Of a DNA stretch of 64,000 nucleotides, positions 29,590 through 37,804 are shown piece by piece. The notes beneath the pieces are model-generated. The model did not search any database. It was given only the letters and a program-made list of their open reading frames with translations, and was not told the origin of the DNA. Each line of letters begins with the position of its first letter. Positions within the stretch are counted from its first letter, which is position 1. The stretch is from the NCBI GenBank assembly GCA_949287225.1, contig CASEFP010000157.1, positions 175 through 64,174 on the forward strand, read 5' to 3'. The position numbers and the translations under genes were made by a program. The stretch is from an uncultured Lentisphaeria bacterium. Its GTDB lineage: Bacteria > Verrucomicrobiota > Lentisphaeria > Victivallales > UBA1829.

Positions 29590-29824
29590 TGTGCGCCGCC
29601 TTTGTCTGCCGGAAATACGACGCTGATGCAGAGTGCCGAAGCAAACCCTTCCGGAAAATGCCAAGCACTTCCGGCGACTCCCCCTTTTCAAAATGAATGT
29701 GTCCCTTCCGGATGGGAATGGATGAAATTCCATCCATCCCCAGATCCGGAACTTTTCTTTCCCCTTTCTGTCCGGACCGGGAGAGTGACAGCGGCATTTG
29801 AAGGCGCTTTTCCCGGAAACGAAT

Positions 29825-29853
29825 TTGCAAAGCGGAGAAACAAAAGTTATATT
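29825..29853 (+). promoter_or_regulatory. Candidate sigma70-type promoter
   Basis: TTGCAA (29825-29830), 17-nt spacer, TATATT (29848-29853), upstream of the small membrane protein gene. Confidence 0.4.
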
Positions 29854-29896
29854 ATCTGCTTTTTCAGAAGACTGCAACAAAAACCGGGAGTTGATT

Positions 29897-30202
29897 ATGC
29901 CGCCGCTGTCCAGTTTGTTCGAGGCGATTATGCTGATCTGTTTCGGATTCAGCTGGCCGTTTGCCATCATGAAAACGGTAAAGGTCAAGAATCCTGCAGG
30001 GAAGAGCTACATTTTTCTGTCGCTGATCATCATCGGGTATATCGCCGGATGTCTTTATAAAATCGCAGGGAAATTCGATTTTGTTTTCTGGCTCTACCTT
30101 CTGAACGGACTTCTCGTCGCAACGGATACGGTGCTCTGCCTGTATTACCAGCACCGGAACAAAAAGGCGGCGGAACTTGTCAAACCGGACGAAAAAGGAT
30201 GA
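29897..30202 (+). CDS. Small 3-TM membrane protein (PQ-loop/SemiSWEET-like by size and topology, tentative)
   Basis: Start refined to ATG 29897 with a GGGAG RBS. The 101-aa product has three hydrophobic helices (MPPLSSLFEAIMLICFGFSWPFAIMKTVKVKNPAGKSYIFLSLIIIGYIAG...). Confidence 0.5.
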   Translation: MPPLSSLFEAIMLICFGFSWPFAIMKTVKVKNPAGKSYIFLSLIIIGYIAGCLYKIAGKFDFVFWLYLLNGLLVATDTVLCLYYQHRNKKAAELVKPDEKG

Positions 30203-30212
30203 TGGATTACCG

Positions 30213-30255
30213 ATAACGCGGGAAGTGCATTCTCACTCGATGACTCCCGCGTTAT
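30213..30255 (+). terminator. Possible intrinsic terminator (long hairpin, weak T-tract)
   Basis: ATAACGCGGGA (30213-30223) pairs with TCCCGCGTTAT (30245-30255). The hairpin is followed by TCTTATCT, starting 11 nt after the stop at 30202. Confidence 0.35.
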
Positions 30256-30410
30256 TCTTATCTGACGAAACGCGGATCTGGATTCAGGCCGGATAAAAAA
30301 CAGGGATATTTCCGTATCTTTTTTGCTTTTTTTCCGTTTTGGAGTACATTGGCAAGAGAAAACGAAACCAGGACGGCGGAAGCGTGAAATATCAGAAAAA
30401 CAAAACAGGA

Positions 30411-31061
30411 ATGATCGACAAGGTCAAACGCAGTTTTCTGCGTATGACTTCCCCGTTTGAATTCGGCACCTCCCGGCGCTCCGGCTCGCTGGCATCCATC
30501 AATTTTCCTCCTGAAATGGCACAGCGGGATGCCGCCTATACCTGTGCGCTGAAGCTTCTGCGCGTCAACATCTTTTCCCGCACCGACGAGGAACGGCGGA
30601 ATATTTACTCTCTTGCGGAAATGCTGATCGGGATTTCACTGGAAAAAGCAAACTGTATTCACCGGGCCGCGCGAAATGAACGGCGCAATCTGGAATATCC
30701 GGAGATGATCAAGTTCATCTCGCTGGTGCGGAATCTGCTCGGAACACTGGGCGATCTTGCGGACTATCAGCATTACATTGATCAGTCCGAGGATGATATG
30801 GCCGCTTTCTTCGGCAGCAAGGTGGTCAGCAATTTCAAAATCTCCGATGGAACGTTCTCCAACAGTGAAATCGGAATTTACAATCTGCTGATCGGCATGC
30901 TTGACGATGCCGAGTCCACCGTGCTGTCCAGTCAGGCGCAGACAAGAAAGCTCCTGACGAAAACCGAATTGGAACGCTATGAGAAGGCCTATGCGGCCTA
31001 TCTTGCGATTTTTGAGAAACTGGATCCGGACAATCCCCGTTTTGCTCCCGAAACCTGTTGA
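30411..31061 (+). CDS. Hypothetical protein
   Basis: The ORF-track start (30339) is a TTG. ATG 30411 has an AGGA RBS. The 216-aa product is helical-looking with no recognisable motif. Confidence 0.45.
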   Translation: MIDKVKRSFLRMTSPFEFGTSRRSGSLASINFPPEMAQRDAAYTCALKLLRVNIFSRTDEERRNIYSLAEMLIGISLEKANCIHRAARNERRNLEYPEMIKFISLVRNLLGTLGDLADYQHYIDQSEDDMAAFFGSKVVSNFKISDGTFSNSEIGIYNLLIGMLDDAESTVLSSQAQTRKLLTKTELERYEKAYAAYLAIFEKLDPDNPRFAPETC

Positions 31062-31130
31062 TTCCAGCGTGAAAAAACAGCTATACTGCATTTTTTTTCA
31101 TTTTTCACTTTCACGGAACGCTTTACAAGC

Positions 31131-31158
31131 TTGCAAAATATCGGCAGCGCGTTATTAT
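31131..31158 (+). promoter_or_regulatory. Candidate sigma70-type promoter of the ABC importer operon
   Basis: TTGCAA (31131-31136), 16-nt spacer, TATTAT (31153-31158). This leaves a ~150-nt leader before ATG 31318. Confidence 0.4.
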
Positions 31159-31317
31159 ACACCTTCAGGTTGTGTGTTTCTGCACGGCCGATGGGTGAGG
31201 AGTTGGCTGCTCCTGTCGTAAGAAAATCATAAAACCTGCCTTCCGGAAAAGTTGCAGCGGGCAACAGTACGGAGGCGAGTGTCCTTGTGCCTGCATAAGG
31301 ACAAAACCGTAGAAAAA

Positions 31318-33897
31318 ATGAAACGCGGACTGATTGTCACCACACTGCTGTCGGCGGGGCTTTCCTTTTTTGCACCCCCGCTGTTCGTTCCCGGTCTGAG
31401 TGCCGCGGAGGCAAAGTCGCCTCCCGCGGATTCCCGGACTGCTCCAGAAAAGAAAATGCTGAAAATTCCTCTCCGTGTGATGAAGCTGCCGGATCCGAAA
31501 TCGACGGATCCGAATACACAGGTTCAGCTGGAAATTCACAGGGCTTTCCGGAAACAGTATCCGGAAATCGAACTGTCCCCGTTCAGCGGCATTGAAATTC
31601 AGAACATCGGCATGGAGTCGCGCCTGATGCTGGCAATCGCCGGCGGAGCGGCACCTGATGTGATCAATGTCAACTTCCGCATGTCGGACACCTACATTCA
31701 GCAGAATTTTCTCTGGCCGCTGGACAAATACATAGAAAACGATCCGGAGTTCAAGAGCATCAAAGACTTTCTGGATTCCATTCCGGCGGCGATCCGGCCG
31801 ATTGTTTTCCGCGAAGGGCCCGCGGTCGGCGGTTTCCCTGCGGGAAAGCATGTCTGGGCGATGGGCAATAAAATTCTGGTCCGCGCGCTGTTCTGGCGGA
31901 AGGATATCTTCCAGGACGCCGGCCTCGATCCTGAAAAACCGCCTAGGACATGGAACGAGCTTCTGGAATTTGCGCGGAAAATCTCCGACCCTGCCCGCGA
32001 CAGATACGGAATCAGCATGGCCAGCGGCGCATCTTCCTCCTGGGATTTCATGTCCTATCTCTGGAGCGCCGGCGGGGATGCGGTGATACAGGATCCCAAA
32101 ACCGGCGAATGGAAGGCCGCTTTCGGCTCGCGGGAGGGTGCGACCGCGCTGGATTTCTACATGCGTCTGGCCACGGAACGCTGGCAGGATTCCGACGGAA
32201 CGGTTCAGCACGGCTACTCCACGCTCAATTCCGATGAGCGTTCCGTCCGACTTGCCAAACAGGCCGGCAAACTCGGCATGTATACCGAATATCTCGGTGA
32301 TGACAGAATGGGTGCGGGAGTCGATCCCGCCCTGATCGGCATTGCCCCGTTCCCCGCCGGGCCTTCCGGCAAGAGTGCGACGGAGATCAACGCCTCGCTC
32401 AACGGCATTTTCGCAGGAATCGTGGGCAGAAACAATTCCGAGGGAGAATTCGTTCCGGCGGAAAAAATCCGTGATGCGGCATGGAAATACATCAGTTTCA
32501 TGAACTCCAAAGAGGCGCGCAGGATTTATGCGGAAACCATGGTCAATCTCGGGCAGGGCCGCTCCCTGAGCCCGATCTACCTGCGGGAGTTCGGCTACAC
32601 GGAATACCTGAAATACTTTCCCCCGTCCTGGGAGGAGGCGTTTAACAAGGCTCTCAAGGATGGGAAACCGGAACCCTACGGACGCAACTGCCAGATGGTC
32701 TACATCTACCTGACTCAGCCGCTGGATGAGGCGATGCAGCTGTTCCGCGATGGAAAACTTCCCGAAGGCAACACGCCGGAAATCCGGGAACAGCGCCTCA
32801 ATATTCTTCAGGACATTCTGAAGAAGGCAGAGGACCGGACCAATGCCAGAATGATCGGTTATATTACGCCGCAGGAACAGCAGAAACGCACGACCGTGGC
32901 GGTGATCGTCGCCATTCTGATCGCCTGCGTCTTCTGTTTCGTGATCTACAACATCTGGAAGGTGTTCTCGCCGAAGGACTCCTATTCGGGGAAGAAACGC
33001 GGATGGGATTTCAAACGGAACTGGCTCGGGTATCTGATCATGATCCCCGCTCTAGTGAGCATCCTGATCTGGACCTATTATCCCATGATCACCGGTTCCC
33101 AGCTCTTCTTCCAGGACTACCGCGTGGTCGGGGACAGCCGATGGGTCGGCTTTGACAATCTGGCGGGCGTGCTGTTCAGCGACGAATGGTGGGCGGCGAT
33201 CTGGAACACGTTCCGCTACATGATGTTCATCCTGACCATCGGTTTTCTCGCTCCGATCATTCTGGCAATTCTGCTGCAGGAGGTCTCCCACGGCAAAATT
33301 GTCTACCGGACGCTCTATTATCTGCCCGCTGTCATGAGCGGACTGGTGGTGATCTTCATGTGGAAACTGTTTTATCAGGCAGGATCTTCAGGTATTCTCA
33401 ACCAGACGCTGAACAGCCTTGCCAATCTGATCGGACTGGAATTCACGCCGCAGGACTGGTTGAACGACGCAAAATGGGCGATGCTCGCCTGCGTTCTGCC
33501 GACAATCTGGGCGGGCGCCGGACCGGGCTGCCTGATTTATCTCGCCGCGCTGAAGGGGGTTCCCGATGAAACGTATGAAGCGGCGGAAATCGACGGAGCC
33601 AACTTCTTCCAGAAAATCTGGCACGTGACGCTCCCGACGCTGAAAGCGCTGATCATCATCAACTTTGTCGGAGCCTTCATCGCGTCGGCGCAGTCCGGAG
33701 GTATGATCCTCATCATGACCTTCGGGCGCGCAAACACCGAGGTTGCCGAACTGCACATCTTCAAGGAGGCCTATACAAACCTTCAGTTCGGAAGCGCCAT
33801 TTCGATGGCGTGGGTGCTCGGCATGATGACGCTGATGTTCACCATCTACAATCTCAAGCGACTTTCCAGAATGGAATTCAAGACTACGGGGAAATAA
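31318..33897 (+). CDS. Fusion protein: extracellular solute-binding protein (sugar/CUT1-like) + linker TM + MalF/UgpA-like ABC permease
   Basis: One uninterrupted ORF. Signal/anchor: MKRGLIVTTLLSAGLSFFAPPLF. SBP-like region: GGAAPDVINVNF...RTWNELLEFARKISD...SWDFMSYLWSAGGD. An extra TM helix (TTVAVIVAILIACVFCFVIYNIW, nt ~32890-32958) follows. The permease then begins (NWLGYLIMIPALVSILIWTYYP) and contains the EAA-type loop AAEIDGANFFQKIWHVTLPTLK. Confidence 0.8.
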   Translation: MKRGLIVTTLLSAGLSFFAPPLFVPGLSAAEAKSPPADSRTAPEKKMLKIPLRVMKLPDPKSTDPNTQVQLEIHRAFRKQYPEIELSPFSGIEIQNIGMESRLMLAIAGGAAPDVINVNFRMSDTYIQQNFLWPLDKYIENDPEFKSIKDFLDSIPAAIRPIVFREGPAVGGFPAGKHVWAMGNKILVRALFWRKDIFQDAGLDPEKPPRTWNELLEFARKISDPARDRYGISMASGASSSWDFMSYLWSAGGDAVIQDPKTGEWKAAFGSREGATALDFYMRLATERWQDSDGTVQHGYSTLNSDERSVRLAKQAGKLGMYTEYLGDDRMGAGVDPALIGIAPFPAGPSGKSATEINASLNGIFAGIVGRNNSEGEFVPAEKIRDAAWKYISFMNSKEARRIYAETMVNLGQGRSLSPIYLREFGYTEYLKYFPPSWEEAFNKALKDGKPEPYGRNCQMVYIYLTQPLDEAMQLFRDGKLPEGNTPEIREQRLNILQDILKKAEDRTNARMIGYITPQEQQKRTTVAVIVAILIACVFCFVIYNIWKVFSPKDSYSGKKRGWDFKRNWLGYLIMIPALVSILIWTYYPMITGSQLFFQDYRVVGDSRWVGFDNLAGVLFSDEWWAAIWNTFRYMMFILTIGFLAPIILAILLQEVSHGKIVYRTLYYLPAVMSGLVVIFMWKLFYQAGSSGILNQTLNSLANLIGLEFTPQDWLNDAKWAMLACVLPTIWAGAGPGCLIYLAALKGVPDETYEAAEIDGANFFQKIWHVTLPTLKALIIINFVGAFIASAQSGGMILIMTFGRANTEVAELHIFKEAYTNLQFGSAISMAWVLGMMTLMFTIYNLKRLSRMEFKTTGK

Positions 33898-33900
33898 GTT

Positions 33901-36225
33901 ATGGCTATTATCGGCAAGGTGGAAAAAAGGAGTCTGAAGGTAAGGATTCTGAATCTTTCGATTCACGTGCTGCTCCTTCTGGGCGCGGTCACGATGGTTT
34001 ATCCGCTCCTTCTGATGATTTCGGGTTCTTTCAAGAGTGATGTGGACTTCTCGGAGTTCTCGCTGCTGCCTGAATATATTTACAATGACGAGCTGCTGTT
34101 CCAGAAACATCTGGCGACAAAATTCAATGCGCAGAACATCCTGTTCTTCAATGCGTTCCGGGAACCGATCGGTTCTGTGAACAATGTTCCAAAACCGGAA
34201 AATCCCATCCGCGCGCGCTTTGACGACTACAAAGCGTTTCTCGGCGAAATGAAAGAACAGAAACCCCATTACTGGCGCGGAATCGGCATGGCAAATGAAG
34301 TCGGTGTTTATCCGATGGTGCTGCGCGAATACCGCGAATGGCTCAGAAAGAAATACGGAAAAGGCGAGGAAGGACTCGAAAAACTCAACGCGGCCTGCGG
34401 CACTGATTACGACTCCTGGGAGGCCGTGACGCTTCCGGTCGAACTGTTCCACACCCGTAAGATTTCGACGGATTACGACAAGGGAATTCTGAAGGAGATC
34501 CTCGAATTCAAGAATACACAGATCAGCGGGCTGCATACCTACTGGGTGGATCTGGATGGTTTTTTTGTTGAGAGCCTGCGGAAAAATGTTGCTCGGGAAC
34601 TGCCCGAGCTGAACAGGAAGCTGGGCACTCATTACAATTCCTGGCTGGACATTCCGCTTCCGCGCTCTTATCCGAAGGAAAATGAAAAATTCAGAAAACT
34701 CTGGGCGAAATTCGTCCGTGAGGATGTGAATTACTCCTTCCTCTCCCTGGATCCCGCCGCAACGCCGCTCTGGATCAAGTTCGTGAAGGGGAAATACAAG
34801 GATATCAAGGAGGTCAACGCCCTCTATGAAACCAGTGCAAAGGTGTTCGACTCCTTGAAGATGCCGTTGCGCGAACCAGCCTCCGGACAGATCCGGACCG
34901 ACTGGGATGAGTTTGTTTCGCTTGTTGTTCCCGCGCAATACATCCGGATCGACACCCTCGCCGGCGAATACCGCGACTGGCTGAAAAAGAAATACGGCAC
35001 CGTCGCGCGCCTGAACGATGTCTACGAAATGGGCTATAAGTCGATGGATGCCATCCCGCTTCCCGCCGAATTCCCGCAGGAGAACATCGCTCTTGCGGCG
35101 GATTGGACGGAATTTGTCAATTCCATGGGACCCGAGGAAATCGGACTGGTCCGCACCGCCATTTCCAATTACCGTGATTTCATCGAGGACAAATACCGGA
35201 AACCGGACAAGACCGTTGATTATCAAAAGATGTCCTTTGATTACAAAGGCACGATCCGGAACAAACAGGAAATTCCGTTTTATTCCAGATATCCGGCATC
35301 TCCGGCCATCAGCATGAGCGTGAAGGATCATTACCGGGAATTTGTGAGAAATCCGGCCAACGGAAACTCGCGCTTCATCTCCGATACAGCCAAAATGCTC
35401 CCGCTGTGGCGGAAATTCCTCCAGAACAAATATGGAAGCGTCGATGCGCTCAACAAAGCATGGGGCACGGTTTATACGACCTGGGACAGAATCACCCCCC
35501 CGATGAAGGAGTATGAATGGTTTTCCGTACTCGACCATAAATGGGATCTGGTGAAGGAATATCTGAAACGCAATTACGTCATGGTGGTCGATACGATCAT
35601 CACCAACGGAAGCGCCGCGAAAAATACGCTCATCTACTGTGCGCTCGCGGTGCTGGCGGCATTGATCGTCAATCCGCTTTGCGCCTACGCGCTCTCCCGC
35701 TACAAGATGGCGCCCGCATACAAGATTCTGCTGTTCCTGATGCTGCCGATGGCGTTCCCGCCGATGGTGCTGGGAATCCCGCAGTTCCTGCTGATCAAGA
35801 ACCTGAATCTCCTGAACACCTTCTGGGCGCTGATCCTGCCGACGATGGCGAACGGATACATGATCTTCCTGCTGAAGGGATTCTTCGACAGTCTGCCCAA
35901 GGAGCTGTTCGAGTCCGCGGCAATCGACGGCGCTAGCGAATGGACCGTGTTCTGGCATATCGCCATGGGGCTTTCGACGCCGATCCTCTCCGTGCTGGCG
36001 CTGAACACCTTCACCGTGGCGTACGGCAACTTCATGATGGCGTTCCTGCTCTGTCAGGACAAGTCGATGTGGACAATGATGGTGCATCTGTATCAATTGC
36101 AGATCCGTTCCAGCCAGGCGGTGGGATTCGCAGCGCTGATCATCGCTGCCGTCCCGACGCTTCTGGTGTTCATTTTCTGCCAGAACATCATCATCAAGGG
36201 CATTGTCGTTCCGACGGAGAAATAA
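33901..36225 (+). CDS. MalG-like ABC permease with a ~530-aa periplasmic insertion between TM1 and TM2
   Basis: TM1 is ILNLSIHVLLLLGAVTMVYPLLLMISGSF. A soluble region spans aa ~46-575. The canonical permease core follows, with the EAA loop ESAAIDGASEWTVFWHIAMGLSTP. The gene starts 3 nt after the upstream stop. Confidence 0.8.
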   Translation: MAIIGKVEKRSLKVRILNLSIHVLLLLGAVTMVYPLLLMISGSFKSDVDFSEFSLLPEYIYNDELLFQKHLATKFNAQNILFFNAFREPIGSVNNVPKPENPIRARFDDYKAFLGEMKEQKPHYWRGIGMANEVGVYPMVLREYREWLRKKYGKGEEGLEKLNAACGTDYDSWEAVTLPVELFHTRKISTDYDKGILKEILEFKNTQISGLHTYWVDLDGFFVESLRKNVARELPELNRKLGTHYNSWLDIPLPRSYPKENEKFRKLWAKFVREDVNYSFLSLDPAATPLWIKFVKGKYKDIKEVNALYETSAKVFDSLKMPLREPASGQIRTDWDEFVSLVVPAQYIRIDTLAGEYRDWLKKKYGTVARLNDVYEMGYKSMDAIPLPAEFPQENIALAADWTEFVNSMGPEEIGLVRTAISNYRDFIEDKYRKPDKTVDYQKMSFDYKGTIRNKQEIPFYSRYPASPAISMSVKDHYREFVRNPANGNSRFISDTAKMLPLWRKFLQNKYGSVDALNKAWGTVYTTWDRITPPMKEYEWFSVLDHKWDLVKEYLKRNYVMVVDTIITNGSAAKNTLIYCALAVLAALIVNPLCAYALSRYKMAPAYKILLFLMLPMAFPPMVLGIPQFLLIKNLNLLNTFWALILPTMANGYMIFLLKGFFDSLPKELFESAAIDGASEWTVFWHIAMGLSTPILSVLALNTFTVAYGNFMMAFLLCQDKSMWTMMVHLYQLQIRSSQAVGFAALIIAAVPTLLVFIFCQNIIIKGIVVPTEK

Positions 36226-36242
36226 CAGTGCCATTCAAAAAA

Positions 36243-36276
36243 GCGGTTTCTTCCTCTGCGGAGAAACCGCTTTTTT
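36243..36276 (+). terminator. Intrinsic terminator of the ABC importer operon
   Basis: GCGGTTTCT (36243-36251) pairs with AGAAACCGC (36262-36270), followed by TTTTTT (36271-36276). An A-tract lies upstream. Confidence 0.75.
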
Positions 36277-36288
36277 CATTTCGGGAGC

Positions 36289-36317
36289 TTGACAAAGCGC
36301 ATTCCAAATAGTATTGT
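36289..36317 (+). promoter_or_regulatory. Sigma70-type promoter upstream of the pseudopilin gene
   Basis: TTGACA (36289-36294), 17-nt spacer, TATTGT (36312-36317). Confidence 0.55.
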
Positions 36318-36376
36318 GTCGGAAAAGTCTGAACGGGAAGCGGTCCGTTTTCCGGCAACCGACTGAGAGGTGATTT

Positions 36377-37198
36377 ATGAGAAGGATTCATCACTACACC
36401 ATTCTGGAGCTCCTGGTCGTCGTGGCGATTGCCGCTGTGATTCTCGGGATTGCGACGCCCGCGTTTTCCGTGATGATGAAGGGCGGCGCCATGACAAGCA
36501 CAACCCGGGAGCTCGCTGCGAAAATCAAGGCCGCGCGATCCTATGCCGCGGCGAACAACGCTCATGTGGCGCTGCTGTTCCCGACCGGCAAGGACTGTCC
36601 CCTGAAACCCGCATTCCATTCCAGTGTCTACCGTCCATGCCTTGTCTACAAGGACGGTGACGGAAACTGGATGTTCGATTCCTGGATCGAAGGAGAGCCG
36701 TGGCGTTCAATGCAGAAGGGGATCATCATGGTGCCTTATCCGGGCAACGAGCCCAGTGCAAGTTCCAGTTCCGTACCGAAACCGGATGACAAGGATTTTG
36801 CAAAGGAGGAATATGACAAGCTGTGGGATGGTCTGAACAGTTCCGAAAAAGAACTGTATCTGGTGAAGGATGTCCCGCTCGGAGCGCTCCTGAAAGGGCC
36901 GGACAAGGACAATGACGACGAGTATCCGGTTCACCGTGCAATCATCTTCAAACCGAACGGACAGCTGGCGGATGTGGAGGTTGACAAGCGTCTGCGTTTC
37001 CGTCTGATCGAGGGAACCGTCCTCAGCGGTTCGGATGCTAAAGCCACTGCGACCAATGTGTTTACCGAAGGGACGGCAACTTATCTGATTGCAAAAACCT
37101 TCACGATCCATCCCCTGACCTGCAAAATGGCGATCGAGGACCTCAAATTCAAATGGACTCCAGGTTCTTCATCATTGGACGACACAAAGGTGAACTGA
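36377..37198 (+). CDS. Type II secretion/type IV pilus pseudopilin-like protein (GspH/FimT-like)
   Basis: N-terminus is MRRIHHYTILELLVVVAIAAVILGIATPAFSVMMKGG (prepilin methylation-type). A later segment reads IIFKPNGQL. The DGH C-terminal motif of DUF1559 is absent. The RBS is GAGAGGTG. Confidence 0.7.
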   Translation: MRRIHHYTILELLVVVAIAAVILGIATPAFSVMMKGGAMTSTTRELAAKIKAARSYAAANNAHVALLFPTGKDCPLKPAFHSSVYRPCLVYKDGDGNWMFDSWIEGEPWRSMQKGIIMVPYPGNEPSASSSSVPKPDDKDFAKEEYDKLWDGLNSSEKELYLVKDVPLGALLKGPDKDNDDEYPVHRAIIFKPNGQLADVEVDKRLRFRLIEGTVLSGSDAKATATNVFTEGTATYLIAKTFTIHPLTCKMAIEDLKFKWTPGSSSLDDTKVN

Positions 37199-37297
37199 CG
37201 GCTCGGGTTCCTTGTCTCTGAAGATTGTTTTTTCCGGAAAACGGTATATAGTACCGTCATGCAGATTTCATTCATTTCAGAAAGGGGGGAATACGGA

Positions 37298-37804
37298 ATG
37301 AGGAGAAGTTTTTCTTTTCTGGCTCCGCTCTGGGCAGTTCCCGTGCTTTTATTGTGTTCCTGTCAGGAGGATCCGCTTCGTGATCTGCCGCTTGGGGTCA
37401 TCGGCATTGAAGAGCCTGTATTCGTGATGCCGTTCGAGGCTCCGTTTCATGCCAAGATCGACACGGGGGCTGATACCTCGTCCATTGACGCGGAGGAGAT
37501 CCGGCTGACCGAGCGCGACGGAAAAAAGTTTGTCTCATTCACGATCCGCCAGCGCGGCACGGAAAAAGTCCACTCCTATACTCTGCCGCTGAAACGGAAG
37601 GTATCCATCGTGCGGCACGGAGGAAAATCGCAGTCGCGGTATATTGTCATGCTGACTCTGCGGATCGGGAAGCTTGAGATGGAGCGTGAATTCTCACTTG
37701 CGAACCGGAACAACTTCCGTTGCCAGGTGTTGATCGGCAGAAATATCATTTCCGGCACGGCGGCGGTCGATCCGTCCCGGCGGAATCTGACGGGTGCATT
37801 ATGA
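37298..37804 (+). CDS. Lipoprotein with a retropepsin-like 'putative ATP-dependent zinc protease' (RimB-like) domain
   Basis: Start refined to ATG 37298. Lipobox: MRRSFSFLAPLWAVPVLLLCSCQ. Core: FHAKIDTGADTSSIDAEEIRLTERDGKKFVSFTI...CQVLIGRN, with a D-T-G-A aspartic-protease-like motif. Confidence 0.65.
   Translation: MRRSFSFLAPLWAVPVLLLCSCQEDPLRDLPLGVIGIEEPVFVMPFEAPFHAKIDTGADTSSIDAEEIRLTERDGKKFVSFTIRQRGTEKVHSYTLPLKRKVSIVRHGGKSQSRYIVMLTLRIGKLEMEREFSLANRNNFRCQVLIGRNIISGTAAVDPSRRNLTGAL

Noticed and set aside
29713-29742. 12-position hairpin (11 Watson-Crick pairs + 1 mismatch) (TGGGAATGGATG / CATCCATCCCCA) about 125 nt after the 1290-aa gene, considered as its terminator.
   Set aside because: The stem is real, but the downstream T-rich tract is interrupted and begins ~8 nt away. 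I cannot distinguish a terminator from an incidental structure or an RNA element, so it is not listed as a feature.
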